Source of the DNA: Gemmatimonadota bacterium | Lineage (GTDB): Bacteria > Gemmatimonadota > Gemmatimonadetes > JACCXV01 | Direction: 5' to 3' | DNA length: 64,000 nucleotides | Assembly: GCA_036556205.1 (NCBI GenBank) | Contig: DATBJW010000015.1 | Location: 9,674-73,673 of the forward strand | In this document: positions 20,693 through 30,868 of the stretch, piece by piece | How the letters are laid out: each line of letters starts with the position of its first letter | Numbering within the stretch: the first letter of the stretch is position 1 | Translations under genes and position numbers: made by a program | Notes under the pieces: generated by a model | Seen by the model: the letters and a program-made list of their open reading frames with translations, nothing else | Database searches by the model: none | Told to the model about the DNA's origin: nothing

Positions 20693-21517
20693 ATGAACTC
20701 CAGGCCCCGATCCTTCGCGTACGTCCTGCCCGAGCTTCGGGCGATCGGCCTCTTCTCGCTCTTCGTGGGGGGTGCGTGGAGCGCCCTGCGAGCCACCTCG
20801 GGCACCGGCCTCGGGATGCTGATCGGTCCGCTCGCGGCCCAGCTCACGATGGCGCTCGTCATCTTCGTGGGCGCCCGTCTGGCGCTGCGGGCCCAGCCCG
20901 CGCCCGCGCGGACGCGGCCGCACCGCCGGCTCACGATGGCCCCGCTCGTGATCATCGCCTGCGGCGGGTTCATGATCCAGGCGGCCACGCTCGCCGGCAG
21001 CCGGCTCTTCGTGGCCGCCACGATCCCCGGGCTCGGTGGCCGCGCCGAGGTTCCGCTCGCGTGGACGGTTCTGGCGCTCACGTCGGTGGTCGGGGCGCCC
21101 CTGCTCGAGGAGCTCTTCTTCCGCGGGATGCTCCAGCCGCTGCTCTCCCGCCGGCACGTGGTGGCGGGCCTGCTGGCGACGGCGGCGCTCTTCGGGCTGG
21201 CGCACGGCTTCGAGATGCCGTTTCGCGCGATGCCCGCCTTCCTGCAGGGCCTGGTGCTGGGCGGCGTGACGCTGCTCACGGGTCGGCTGCGCGGTGCCGT
21301 GGTCGTGCACGCGCTCAACAACGCCTTCGTGCTGGCCGCGGCGACGATCGTGGCGTTGAATCCCGACCGCCTGATGCACGGCGTGCACGGCAGCGAGGCC
21401 GGATGGATGGGATCGGTCTTCGCGATGATCGGGATGGCCCTCGTGGGATGGGGCTTCGTCCGCATCCTGCGCGAGCCCCGCATCGGCCGCTTCGCAGCCG
21501 CCGCCTCGGCGGCCTAG
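20693..21517 (+). CDS. CPBP-family intramembrane glutamic endopeptidase (CAAX protease-like)
   Basis: Trimmed to ATG 20693. Polytopic, with motifs EELFFRGMLQ, FGLAHG and HALNN. Confidence 0.85.
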   Translation: MNSRPRSFAYVLPELRAIGLFSLFVGGAWSALRATSGTGLGMLIGPLAAQLTMALVIFVGARLALRAQPAPARTRPHRRLTMAPLVIIACGGFMIQAATLAGSRLFVAATIPGLGGRAEVPLAWTVLALTSVVGAPLLEELFFRGMLQPLLSRRHVVAGLLATAALFGLAHGFEMPFRAMPAFLQGLVLGGVTLLTGRLRGAVVVHALNNAFVLAAATIVALNPDRLMHGVHGSEAGWMGSVFAMIGMALVGWGFVRILREPRIGRFAAAASAA

Positions 21518-21539
21518 CCTCGGCCCTCCCCCCGCTCCT

Positions 21540-22181
21540 TCAAGTCCCCAGCCGGTACGCTCCCAGCTCGCTGTACGAGGGGCCCTTCGGACCCAGGCGG
21601 CTCTCGACCAACGCGAAGGCCTCGACGCGCCAGACGCCGCGTGGCGCTCCGGCCGCCGCCAGGGCCGCGCGGGCGTCCGTCGTTCCCCCGCGCAGGCGGC
21701 CGAGCGTGACGTGGGTGCGGAAAGCGCGATCCTCGGGCGGGTGCCCGAGTGCGGCGAGCTCGCGCTCCACGTCCGCCTGGAGTCGGCCCACCGCGCCCGA
21801 CGCATCCGCCAGCTCGACCACGATCACCCGCGCCGCGCGGTCGTTCGGGAAGGCCGTCAGCCGGCCGGGCTCCAGCACCGCCGGCTGGCCGCGCGCGGCG
21901 GCACGCTCGAGCGCCTGGCCCAGGAGCGGCACGGAGGCCCGCGGAACCTGCCCCAGGAACTTGAGCGTCAAGTGAAGGTTCGCGGGCTCGACCCACTTCA
22001 CGTCGCGCAGCGCGGCGAGCGCGCGTTGCGCGGCCAGGTACTCGGCGGCGAGCTGGCCGGGGAGCGGGATCCCCACGAAGGCGCGCAAGCGCGGCGCATC
22101 GCCCGTGCCCGCGTCCTTGCGCTCGACCTCGTGCCCGCGGGCCGTCGCGGCGCCGTCCGGCACGCTCCGCCCGCCCTTCAC
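21540..22181 (-). CDS. thpR: RNA 2',3'-cyclic phosphodiesterase ThpR/LigT (2H family)
   Basis: Two H-x-T-x motifs, HLTLKFLG and HVTLGRL. Confidence 0.85.
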   Translation of the reverse strand: MKGGRSVPDGAATARGHEVERKDAGTGDAPRLRAFVGIPLPGQLAAEYLAAQRALAALRDVKWVEPANLHLTLKFLGQVPRASVPLLGQALERAAARGQPAVLEPGRLTAFPNDRAARVIVVELADASGAVGRLQADVERELAALGHPPEDRAFRTHVTLGRLRGGTTDARAALAAAGAPRGVWRVEAFALVESRLGPKGPSYSELGAYRLGT

Positions 22182-23017
22182 GGGCAGCGCGCCTCGAGCC
22201 AGCCGACCAGGTCGGCCAGAACGTGGTCGCGCTCGGTCTCGTGGAAGACCTCATGGTAGAAGCGCGGGTAGACGATCACGTGCTTGTCGGCGGAGCCCGC
22301 GCGCTCGAAGACGTCGCGCAGCGCCATCGGGGAGACGACGGGGTCGTCCTCGCCGCCGAGCACGAGCAGCGGGACCTTGATCTCGGGCGCCCGAGCGCGC
22401 GCCTCCTCCATGGCGCGCATGACCTCGAGCAGCGCTCGCGGCGTCGCCCGGCGTTGGAAGAGCGGGTCGCGATCGCACTCCTCCGCGATCGCCACGTCGT
22501 GGGTCAGGTGCCGCGGGCGGATGCCGTGATCCATCGTCACCGTGGGCAGCAGGCGAACGAGCAACCTCGCCGCCGCGAGGCGTGAAGGGGCGATGGGAAG
22601 GCGCGGCGCGAAGGCGGGCGAGGAGAGTGCGACGCCCGCGAGGTCGGTCGGGCGCTCGGCGAGCAGGTAGTGGACCGCGATCAAGCCGCCCAGGCTGTGC
22701 CCCAGCAGGAAGCGCGGGCCGGGACGCCCCTGGTCCTCGACCACGCGGCGGAAGACGGCCAGGTCCTCGACGTGCTCCTCGAAGCGCTCGAGGTCGCCAC
22801 GCCGGCCGTCCGAGCGCCCGTGCCCCCGCAGGTCGAAGCCGACCGTGGCGAAGTCGGCCGCCGCGAGGCGACGGGCGAGTCGGCCGTGGCGCCCCGAGTG
22901 CTCGCCCAATCCCGGGACCACCAGGACCGTCCCGCGCGCGGCGGGCACTTCCCACGTCCGGAAGAAGAGCCGGGTGCTCCCTGACTTGAAGTAGTGCTCC
23001 CGGGCGCGGACGTTCAT
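22178..23017 (-). CDS. Alpha/beta hydrolase (lysophospholipase/monoacylglycerol lipase-like)
   Basis: Trimmed to [10 protein letters not shown] (start 23017, overlaps the cinA stop). Motifs PGLGEHSGR, nucleophile elbow GHSLGG and C-terminal YHEVFHE. Confidence 0.85.
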   Translation of the reverse strand: MNVRAREHYFKSGSTRLFFRTWEVPAARGTVLVVPGLGEHSGRHGRLARRLAAADFATVGFDLRGHGRSDGRRGDLERFEEHVEDLAVFRRVVEDQGRPGPRFLLGHSLGGLIAVHYLLAERPTDLAGVALSSPAFAPRLPIAPSRLAAARLLVRLLPTVTMDHGIRPRHLTHDVAIAEECDRDPLFQRRATPRALLEVMRAMEEARARAPEIKVPLLVLGGEDDPVVSPMALRDVFERAGSADKHVIVYPRFYHEVFHETERDHVLADLVGWLEARCP

Positions 23018-24321
23018 CGGCGGACGGTTCCGCCCGCGGCCACCGCTCGCTCCGCCGCCGAGGTCGAGCCTTCGAGCGTGCGGAGCAGCAGCAGGAGCGC
23101 CGACAGGGCGGCCCTGATCTTGATCGCGCGCCGATCCCCGGGCCAGTCGCGCCGCTCGAGCCGGACCTCGCCGCCCACGTCCACGCCGTAATGCACGAGC
23201 CCGACGGGCTTGGCCGGAGTTTCGCCGCCCGGCCCGGCGATCCCCGTGACCGCCACGGCGCAGTCGGCGCCGGTCCGCCGGCGGGCGCCGGCCAGCATCT
23301 GCGCGCACACCTCGGGGCTCACCGCGCCGTAGCTCGCGAGCGCTGCCTCCGAGACGCCCAGCACGTCACGCTTCAAGGCGTTCGAGTAGGCCACCACTCC
23401 ACCCAGGAAGTAGGCCGAGCTGCCGGGCACGTCGGTGAGCATGTCGCCGATCAGCCCGCCTGTGCACGACTCGGCCACCGCGAGCGTGCGCCCCGAGCTC
23501 GCGAGAGCGCGCCCGACGGCCTCGGCCAGCGTCTCCCGTCCCTGCCCGTAGACCCAGGGGGCCAGCCGCTCGGCGATCGCCGCCTCGAGCTCGACGAGCG
23601 CGCGCCCGGCCCTTTGATCGTCCATGCCGACCGCGGTGAGGCGAACGTCCACTCGGCCCCGGCCGGGCAGGTACGCCACGCGCAGGCCGTGAGGCGAGCG
23701 GACGAGATCGGCGATGCGCTCGGCGAGTGCGGACTCTCCGATCCCGGCCGTGCGGATCACGCGCTGCAGAAGCGGCGCGAGCTCGGGGCCGGCTCGCTCC
23801 CTCATGCGCGGGAGCACCTGCTCCCGGAACATGAGCTCCATCTCGGAGGGCACGCCCGGAAGCGCGAACAGGGTGGCCCGCTCGTCCTCGACGAGGATGC
23901 CGGGCGCCGTGCCGATCGGGTTCGGCAGGGCCGTCGCTCCCCGCGGAATCTCGGCCTGGACCCGATTGGCGGCCGGCATCACCTCGTACCCGAGGCGCCG
24001 GAACCTGCGCTTCAGCTCCTCCAGCAGCTCCGGATCGAGACCCAGCTCCCGCCCGAACACGGCGGCCAGGGCCCAGCGCGTGAGGTCGTCCGGCGTGGGA
24101 CCCAGGCCACCCGTCACGATCACGAACCCGCCGCGCTCGCGAGCCTCGGCCAACCCGATCCGCAAGGGCTCGGGGTCGTCGGGCAGCGTGGTCTTGCGAC
24201 GCACCTCGAAGCCCGCCTCCGCCGACGCCCGCGCGAGGAAAGCCGCGTTGGAGTCGAGCGTCTCCCCGAGCAGGAGCTCGTCGCCGACGGTGACGATCTC
24301 TACGAAGTGGCGCCGAGCCAT
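23014..24321 (-). CDS. cinA: CinA (competence/damage-inducible protein, nicotinamide-nucleotide amidase family)
   Basis: Trimmed to [20 protein letters not shown]. Motifs [15 protein letters not shown] and C-terminal ESCTGGLIG. Confidence 0.9.
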   Translation of the reverse strand: MARRHFVEIVTVGDELLLGETLDSNAAFLARASAEAGFEVRRKTTLPDDPEPLRIGLAEARERGGFVIVTGGLGPTPDDLTRWALAAVFGRELGLDPELLEELKRRFRRLGYEVMPAANRVQAEIPRGATALPNPIGTAPGILVEDERATLFALPGVPSEMELMFREQVLPRMRERAGPELAPLLQRVIRTAGIGESALAERIADLVRSPHGLRVAYLPGRGRVDVRLTAVGMDDQRAGRALVELEAAIAERLAPWVYGQGRETLAEAVGRALASSGRTLAVAESCTGGLIGDMLTDVPGSSAYFLGGVVAYSNALKRDVLGVSEAALASYGAVSPEVCAQMLAGARRRTGADCAVAVTGIAGPGGETPAKPVGLVHYGVDVGGEVRLERRDWPGDRRAIKIRAALSALLLLLRTLEGSTSAAERAVAAGGTVRR

Positions 24322-24770
24322 GGGAGCTGGAGGCCGAGCCAGCGCGGAAGCAGGAGCACGAGCGCCGCGCAGACGGCGGCGGCCACGTCGTCGGCGACGA
24401 CGCCGAGACCGCCGGGCAGACGCTGGAGCGCCGCGAGCGGCGGCGGCTTGAGGATGTCGAAGACACGGAAGAGGATGAAGGCGAGGACGTAGGCGCCCGG
24501 GCTGCGCGGAGCGGCGGACAGCGTGAGCAGCATCCCGGCAGCCTCGTCGATCGTGATGGCGCTCGCGTCGCGCCCCAGGGCGCGCTCCGCGGCGGCGGCC
24601 ACGGGCACTCCTGTCGCGGCCACCGCCAGTCCGGCGGCCGCCAGGACGACCGGGTCGGAGAGAGGGAGCGCGTACACGGCGATGGTCACCGCCGCGGACG
24701 TCAGCGTGCCGGGCCCCCAGGGCCAGCGCCCCAGCCCGCATGTCGTCGCCGCGACGAGCACCGGCCTCAC
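24300..24770 (-). CDS. pgpA: Phosphatidylglycerophosphatase A
   Basis: [16 protein letters not shown] and [11 protein letters not shown]. Confidence 0.85.
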   Translation of the reverse strand: MRPVLVAATTCGLGRWPWGPGTLTSAAVTIAVYALPLSDPVVLAAAGLAVAATGVPVAAAAERALGRDASAITIDEAAGMLLTLSAAPRSPGAYVLAFILFRVFDILKPPPLAALQRLPGGLGVVADDVAAAVCAALVLLLPRWLGLQLPWLGATS

Positions 24771-25357
24771 GCGGGCTCACCTACCACGAGCGCTCGGTTG
24801 CGGTACAGGTAGTCGGCCAGCGACAGCAGCGTGAGCACGACCACGACCCAGATCAGGACCTCGACGCTGGCGCGCGCCACACGCTCGAGAAGCTGCACCC
24901 AACGCGAGGGGCCGGGCCCCGCGAGAACGCGGTCGAGGATGCGGGCGGCCAGCACCGTCCCCACCAGCCAGTTCTGGCTCAGCGTCTTGGCCTTCCCCAG
25001 CGGCGACGCCGAGATCACCCGCCCGCGCGAGAGGGCGAAGCGCCGGAAGAGGGTGATCACCAGCTCGCGCAGGAGCACCAGCAGGACGACCCAGAGCGGG
25101 ATCTCACCCAGCCAGCCGAGCGGGATCAGGGTGGCCGCGATCAGCAGCTTGTCGGCCAGCGGGTCGGCCAGCTCGCCGAAGGCCGTGATGCGGCGCGAGC
25201 GCCTGGCCAGGATCCCGTCGTAGACGTCGGAGAAGGCGGCCAGCAGGAACAGGACGAACGCCGCCACCCGCGCCCCGAGCGGAGCCAGCAGGATCAGGCC
25301 CGCGAGCACCGGGCAGGCCAGGATTCTCGCGAAGGTGATCTTGTTGGGCAGGTTCAT
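24767..25357 (-). CDS. pgsA: CDP-diacylglycerol--glycerol-3-phosphate 3-phosphatidyltransferase
   Basis: Trimmed to [15 protein letters not shown]-alcohol phosphatidyltransferase motif [27 protein letters not shown]. Confidence 0.92.
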   Translation of the reverse strand: MNLPNKITFARILACPVLAGLILLAPLGARVAAFVLFLLAAFSDVYDGILARRSRRITAFGELADPLADKLLIAATLIPLGWLGEIPLWVVLLVLLRELVITLFRRFALSRGRVISASPLGKAKTLSQNWLVGTVLAARILDRVLAGPGPSRWVQLLERVARASVEVLIWVVVVLTLLSLADYLYRNRALVVGEPA

Positions 25358-25391
25358 CGGCTGGCGGACGGCAGCGCCGCTGCGCGAGACG

Positions 25392-26492
25392 TCAGGCCGG
25401 AGGGCGCGCCTCCACGGCCCGGCTGGGCGCGGCGAGCCCACGCGAGAGCGGAAGGCGCGACTGCGATGGCGGCTGCGCGCCGGGCGCGGGGGCGCCGCGG
25501 TCGAGTGTCGAGGGTGGGCGCTCGGTCTCGCGCCTCGACGGGCCGGCCGAGGGACCCAGGATCTCCTCGGCGGCATCGGGCGGCAGGCGCTCCTGCCAGT
25601 CGGGGACCCCCGGCTCGTTGGGATCCGTGCTGGTGAGCAGCAGGAAACGGCCGCTCCGCAGATCGTCCAGGAACACGTACATGTAGCCGGTCGAGAAGTA
25701 CTGCCAGACCTCGTACGGCTTGGCGAACTCGGTCGTCAGGGTCCGCGCTACGAGGCGGTCGGGCTTGCCGTACCTCAGGTAGATCCGGCCGCGGGCGGTG
25801 GCGGCTCCCGGCTCGCCCACCGCGCGGAAGCGGCTCTCGACGACCGTCAGGCGCTCCTCGACCTGGGTCCGGTACTCGTTCTGGGGCGTGCCCGGCGTGG
25901 GGTCGTGCTCGGCCCAGAAGTGCAGCAGGAACGCGCGCTTGCTCTCCAGCGGCAGCCCGGCGTACGCGGCGACCGCCGGCCGGGGCAGGAACACATCCAG
26001 CTGCCGGACGAGGGCGTCGAGCTGGGCCTCGGTCGCGTTCTCGTAGGTCGCCGAGCCCACGAGTGTGGGCGGGCCGACCTCGATCGAGGGGTTCTCATCG
26101 ACGACCAGCGAGTCGCCCGCGTAGTCGAACCGCATGTCGGACGCCACGCGGAAGTCCTGACGGACGTCGTCGCGCTCTCTCGAGGCCACCAGCCGGAACT
26201 GGTAGGTGAAGCCGTCGTAGAGGTAGAGGATCTTGGTCTCGCCGGGCCGCAGGCGGCCCGTGAACGTCGTGGCGGTGCCCAGGTGCTGCAGGGCGGCGGG
26301 CTCGATCTCGATCAGCCGCTCCTCCTCGGTCGTGTTGCGCACCTCTACGATCCGCGGATGGGCGGGGCTGCGGATCGTGGAGATGGGGGCGCTGCAGCCC
26401 GAGGCCCAGGCGGCCGCGAGGACGACGAGCGCGGCCTTGCCCGGCCCGTGGGCTGCGGGACATGACGCGCGACGTCGCAGGGATCGAGGCAT
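25392..26492 (-). CDS. GWxTD-domain lipoprotein
   Basis: Lipobox LAAAWASGC. The C-terminal half (FLLHFWAEHDPTPGTPQNEYRTQVEERL...ATARGRIYLRYGKPD...YEVWQY) fits the GWxTD domain pattern. Confidence 0.7.
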   Translation of the reverse strand: MPRSLRRRASCPAAHGPGKAALVVLAAAWASGCSAPISTIRSPAHPRIVEVRNTTEEERLIEIEPAALQHLGTATTFTGRLRPGETKILYLYDGFTYQFRLVASRERDDVRQDFRVASDMRFDYAGDSLVVDENPSIEVGPPTLVGSATYENATEAQLDALVRQLDVFLPRPAVAAYAGLPLESKRAFLLHFWAEHDPTPGTPQNEYRTQVEERLTVVESRFRAVGEPGAATARGRIYLRYGKPDRLVARTLTTEFAKPYEVWQYFSTGYMYVFLDDLRSGRFLLLTSTDPNEPGVPDWQERLPPDAAEEILGPSAGPSRRETERPPSTLDRGAPAPGAQPPSQSRLPLSRGLAAPSRAVEARPPA

Positions 26493-26650
26493 GCGCCGGA
26501 TGGGCCGTGGTCGAAGGGGAACGGAGGCCTAGAATAACACGGCGGGCCACGGGGCGACCAGCAGGTTGTGCCATCGGGGCCGCGGCCCGACGCCGGCCCC
26601 GCCTGTAATGAAGACGGCAGCACCGCGAAGAATTCGCCTCGAAGCCTGCC

Positions 26651-26853
26651 GGTGCCGCGAAATCTCCCCTCATATAGTTGGGGACTCGCGAAGCCGCCGG
26701 TCCGAGGGCTCCGCTCGAGGACCGGCCCCGCCCCTCGCGCAGCCCCCGCGCGGCAGGTGCCGCGAAATCTCCCCTCATATAGTTGGGGACTCGCGAAGCC
26801 GCCGGTCCGAGGGCTCCGCCCGAGGACCGGCCCCGCCCCTCGCGCAGCCCCCG
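26651..26853. repeat. Tandem direct repeat, 2 x 98 bp (period 105 bp), one mismatch; each unit carries two hairpins
   Basis: Copies at 26651-26748 and 26756-26853 differ only at one position (T/C within ccgcTcgagg versus ccgcCcgagg). Hairpin 1 is CCGGTCC..GGGC-gga-GCCC..GGACCGG. Hairpin 2 is TCCCC-tcatatagtt-GGGGA. Confidence 0.9.
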
Positions 26854-26860
26854 TCTACGA

Positions 26861-27439
<579 letters not shown>

Positions 27440-27466
27440 GGGCTGCGGTCTCCTCCTGCGCCCCCG

Positions 27467-27961
27467 CTATTCGCGGAACAGGTTGTCGATCTCGTCCTCG
27501 GCCTCACTCGTGAACTCGCCGCCCAGGCCGGAGCGGCGCGTCGCGCTCTCCGACTGGGCGAAGATCTCACCGAAGATCACGTCCAGCTCCTTGACCGCCC
27601 GTTTCACCCGCAGGCGCACGAGCCCGAGCGTGGTGCGGTCGTCGAACAGGACGACCAGGATCACCCGCTTGCGGATGTCGGCCAGGTACATGCTCTCGCG
27701 CTCCCCCTGGTGGTAGAGCGAAGAAAACTCGGTCTCGCCGATCAGTGAGGCCAGATGGTCGTTGGCCGCGAAGTCCGCGGCCGAGAGCGAGGCGAAGGCG
27801 TTCGTGTCGAAACGCGGCTCCTCGCCCGAGAAGGCGATCATCTGGCCGTTCCGATCCACGAGCATCGTCGTGCGGGCGCTCGCCGAGCTCGTGAGCTGGC
27901 TCAGCTGGCGGGCGATCCGCTGGTAGTCGTCCTCGAGGAAGCTCCAGTTCCCGGCGCTCAT
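27467..27961 (-). CDS. mglB: MglB (Roadblock/LC7 domain, GAP of MglA)
   Basis: Trimmed to MSAGNWSF (start 27961), 164 aa. Roadblock-like core (ARTTMLVDRNGQMIAFSG...ASLSAADFAAN...VILVVLFDD) with an acidic C-terminal tail. Lies immediately upstream of mglA, as in the Myxococcus mglBA operon. Confidence 0.8.
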   Translation of the reverse strand: MSAGNWSFLEDDYQRIARQLSQLTSSASARTTMLVDRNGQMIAFSGEEPRFDTNAFASLSAADFAANDHLASLIGETEFSSLYHQGERESMYLADIRKRVILVVLFDDRTTLGLVRLRVKRAVKELDVIFGEIFAQSESATRRSGLGGEFTSEAEDEIDNLFRE

Positions 27962-28007
27962 CGGCCCATCCGCGGGCTGGGGGTGTTGCCGATCGCTCGG
28001 AGACGGC

Positions 28008-28595
28008 TCACAGCTCGCGCCTTCCCTCGAGCGCCTCGCCGATCGTGACCTCGTCCACGAACTCGATGTCGCCGCCCATCGGGATCCCGCGGGCGATGCG
28101 CGACACGCGGACGCCGTGCGGCTGCAGGCGCCGCAGCAGGTAGAGCGCGGTGGCCTCCCCCTCGACATCCGGGTTCGTGGCCAGGATGACCTCCGACACG
28201 CCCCCCTCGGTCACCCGGCGCTCGAGCAGGTCCACCGTGAGCGAATCGGGCCCCCGGCCTTCCAGGGGGTTCAGGCGCCCCTGCAGGACGTGGTAGAGCC
28301 CTCGGAACCCGCCGCTCCTCTCGATGATCCGGATGTCACTGGCCTCCTCGACCACGCAGATCACGGCCGGGTTCCTTCGCGGATCACGGCAAATTCGGCA
28401 AAGTTCGTCTTCGGAGACGTTGGCGCACCGCGAGCAGAACACGACCTTTTCGGTCACATCCTGAATGGCGCGCGAGAGACGGAGCGCTTCCTCGCGCGGT
28501 CGTTTGAGCAAGAAAAACGCCAGCCGGCCGGCGGTCTTCCGGCCGATTCCGGGCAGCCGCGCGAACTCGTCAACGAGTGTTTCGATAGCATCCAT
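28008..28595 (-). CDS. recR: Recombination protein RecR
   Basis: HhH LPGIGRKTAGRLAFFLL, Cys4 finger CSRCANVSEDELCRIC and Toprim VCVVEEASDI. Confidence 0.95.
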   Translation of the reverse strand: MDAIETLVDEFARLPGIGRKTAGRLAFFLLKRPREEALRLSRAIQDVTEKVVFCSRCANVSEDELCRICRDPRRNPAVICVVEEASDIRIIERSGGFRGLYHVLQGRLNPLEGRGPDSLTVDLLERRVTEGGVSEVILATNPDVEGEATALYLLRRLQPHGVRVSRIARGIPMGGDIEFVDEVTIGEALEGRREL

Positions 28596-28643
28596 GAGCG
28601 TATATATCTAAAAGTAGTCAACAATCTATAAATCGTGCGCAGG

Positions 28644-28955
28644 TCAAAGCAGCCCCGGCAGGCTCATTCCGCCCGTGATCTTCCGCATCTCCTCGGCAGC
28701 GAGCTCCCCCGCGCGCCCCATGGCCTCGTTGACGGCCGCCAGGATCAGATCCTCGAGCATCTCCACGTCGTCGGGGTTCACGACTTCGCGTTCGAGCTTG
28801 AGAGCCACGAGCTCCTGCTTGCCGTTCACGATCGCCGTCACCATCCCGCCCCCCGCCGAAGCCTCGATGCGCCGGTCCGCCAGCTCGGCCTGCATCTGGC
28901 TGACACGGGCCTGCATCTTCTGAGCTTGCTTCAAGAGATTCTGGAAGTTGTTCAT
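28644..28955 (-). CDS. ybaB: Nucleoid-associated protein YbaB/EbfC
   Basis: 103 aa. MNNFQNLLKQAQKMQARVSQMQAEL...ASAGGGMVTAIVNG is typical of the family. Confidence 0.93.
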   Translation of the reverse strand: MNNFQNLLKQAQKMQARVSQMQAELADRRIEASAGGGMVTAIVNGKQELVALKLEREVVNPDDVEMLEDLILAAVNEAMGRAGELAAEEMRKITGGMSLPGLL

Positions 28956-28995
28956 GTCCGATCCTTCGGGCGCGGGTGGTGGTGGTCGGGCCGCG

Positions 28996-30702
28996 CTAGC
29001 TCACGTAGTCGGCGTCGAAGACCTCGAGCACGCGCTGGACCAGTGGGTCGTCGCGGTCCAAGCGCCGGAAGGCGGTGGCCGCGCCGGCCGCGGAGCGGTC
29101 CGCCGAGCCCACCTCCAGGCGCAGGCGGCGAGCGCCCGGCCAGAGGGACACGAGGACCTCCTCGAGCAGGGTCTTGTTCCTGGCCTCGCGCAGGGCCTCG
29201 GCCACGAAGGCCTGGTCGCCCGGCACGTTGAGGACGAGCTCGTCGCCCTGGAGGGCCGGGTGGTCGAGCCCGGCCAGCATCCCGGCCAGGCTCGCTTTCC
29301 GGCGCGAAACGCTGTCCAGAACTGCCTCCCACGGCTCGTCCGCGGCGACGCGCGTCGGCCCCGCCGGCACGGATGCGGGGATGCTCGCCACGACGGCGGG
29401 CGGGTCGGCTTCGACCAGGCGCGGGCCGACGGGACCCTCGGGCGGAGCGGTCGGGGCCGCCGCAACGGGTCGGCCCGTGCCGGAGCCCCCACGCGGCGCG
29501 GGCCTGTCCGCCCCCGTGCGCGCGGTCCGCTTCCCCCTCGACGCCGACGTCGCGGCACCGCCCTCGTCGCCGCCCGAGCGCACCTCCGCCAGCAGCTCGG
29601 CCACGTCGGCGGTCTTCTCCAGCAGCGCCAGCCGCACGAGCAGGAACTCCAGCATGTATTCGGGGTGGCTCGTGCCGCGGAAGGCGAACTCGTAGTCGGT
29701 CAGGATCTGGGTGGCGCGCAGCAGGTCCTCGAACCCGATCGCCTCGGCGGTCTCGCGGTAGGCGGCGTGGAAGTCGGCCGGCACGCTGGCGGCGGCCTCG
29801 CCGCCCGGCAGCCCGAAGAGCATGAGGTTCCGCAGGTGCTCGTAGAGCCCGCCGTAGAAGTCGAGCAGGTCGATCCCGTCCTCCACCAGCCCGCGCACGA
29901 AGCGGATCGCGGCGGCCGGGTCGCGCCGGCGCACGGCGTCCGTCGCCGCGAAGAAGAGGTCCAGGCCCGCGAGCCCCAGCACGTCACGCACGCGCTGCGC
30001 GTCCACCGCCCCCGCCTCGCCCAGCGCCAGGACTTGATCCAGCATGCCGAGGGCGTCGCGCAGGCTGCCGTCGGACCGCTTGGCGATCAGGAACACGGCC
30101 TCGGGCGTGATCGCGTGCCCCTCGATCTCGCAGATCTCGCGCAGGCGGGCCTCGACGTCCTTCAGCGGGATGCGCTTGAAGTCGAAGCGCTGGCAGCGCG
30201 AGACGACCGTGGGCAGGACTTTCTGCGGGTCGGTCGTGGCGAAGACGAAGACCACGTGCGGCGGCGGCTCCTCGATCGTCTTGAGGAGCGCGTTGAAGGC
30301 GTCCTTGGAGAGCATGTGGACCTCGTCCACGATGTAGATCTTCTTGCTCCCCTGAACCGCCGCGTAGCCCACGCGCTCGCGCAGCTCGCGCACATCCTCG
30401 ATCCCGCGGTTGGAGGCGGCGTCGATCTCGATCACGTCGAGGGATCGCCCGGAGAGGATCGACACGCAGAGGTCGCAGACGCCACAGGGCTCCCCGTCGC
30501 GCAGGTCGGTGCAGTTGACGGCGCGGGCCAGCAGCCGGGCGGTCGTGGTCTTGCCGCTCCCGCGCGGTCCGGCGAAGAGGTAGGCCGAGGCGACGCGTCC
30601 GCCGCGCAGGGCGTTGCGCAGCGTCTCGGTCACATGGCGCTGCCCGACGACCTGCTCGAACGTGCGGGGCCGGTACTTGAGCGCCAGCGGAATCCGGCTC
30701 AT
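28996..30702 (-). CDS. dnaX: DNA polymerase III subunits gamma/tau
   Basis: Trimmed to MSRIPLALKYRPRTFEQVVGQ. Walker A GPRGSGKTT, zinc module CGVCDLC and IVDEVHMLS. Confidence 0.93.
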   Translation of the reverse strand: MSRIPLALKYRPRTFEQVVGQRHVTETLRNALRGGRVASAYLFAGPRGSGKTTTARLLARAVNCTDLRDGEPCGVCDLCVSILSGRSLDVIEIDAASNRGIEDVRELRERVGYAAVQGSKKIYIVDEVHMLSKDAFNALLKTIEEPPPHVVFVFATTDPQKVLPTVVSRCQRFDFKRIPLKDVEARLREICEIEGHAITPEAVFLIAKRSDGSLRDALGMLDQVLALGEAGAVDAQRVRDVLGLAGLDLFFAATDAVRRRDPAAAIRFVRGLVEDGIDLLDFYGGLYEHLRNLMLFGLPGGEAAASVPADFHAAYRETAEAIGFEDLLRATQILTDYEFAFRGTSHPEYMLEFLLVRLALLEKTADVAELLAEVRSGGDEGGAATSASRGKRTARTGADRPAPRGGSGTGRPVAAAPTAPPEGPVGPRLVEADPPAVVASIPASVPAGPTRVAADEPWEAVLDSVSRRKASLAGMLAGLDHPALQGDELVLNVPGDQAFVAEALREARNKTLLEEVLVSLWPGARRLRLEVGSADRSAAGAATAFRRLDRDDPLVQRVLEVFDADYVS

Positions 30703-30768
30703 CCGGGGGTGGGTGCGTGCCTGCGGGAGGAAGGTTGGGGTCGCGGAGCGGGCCACGTCGGCCGCGTG

Positions 30769-30868
30769 AACCCCCCAGGCTGGCCGTAGCGGCTCGAAGC
30801 TCTACGTGCCGCTGCTACCTTCCGGTCCTGACGGGGTTTGTAGTTTCAAACCCTACGGGCCCGGGGGG
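30769..30868 (-). ncRNA. ffs: Signal recognition particle RNA (small/4.5S type)
   Basis: Minus strand contains CCCCGTCAGGACCGGAAGGTAGCAGCGG, which matches the conserved domain IV sequence GUCAGGUCCGGAAGGAAGCAGC with its GGAA tetraloop. Flanking arms pair (CCCCCCGGGC/GCCTGGGGGG and CCGTAG/CTACGG), giving a roughly 100-nt hairpin. Sits upstream of dnaX, the classic ffs-dnaX-ybaB-recR synteny. The 5' end could extend to about 30890. Confidence 0.75.

Noticed and set aside
26556-26573. TGGCAC hexamer (minus strand) upstream of the GWxTD gene as a second sigma-54 promoter.
   Set aside because: The downstream element is TGCT/GCTG with GG-to-GC spacing about 2 nt too short. It does not fit TGGCACG-N4-TTGCW.
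26651-26853. Possible CRISPR array.
   Set aside because: There are only two repeat units, 98 bp long, separated by 7 bp. There are no spacers and no cas genes in the window.
28996-30702. Programmed frameshift or transcriptional slippage site in dnaX (gamma versus tau).
   Set aside because: I saw no A-rich slippery heptamer (A AAA AAG) or long A-run in the gene on the coding strand.
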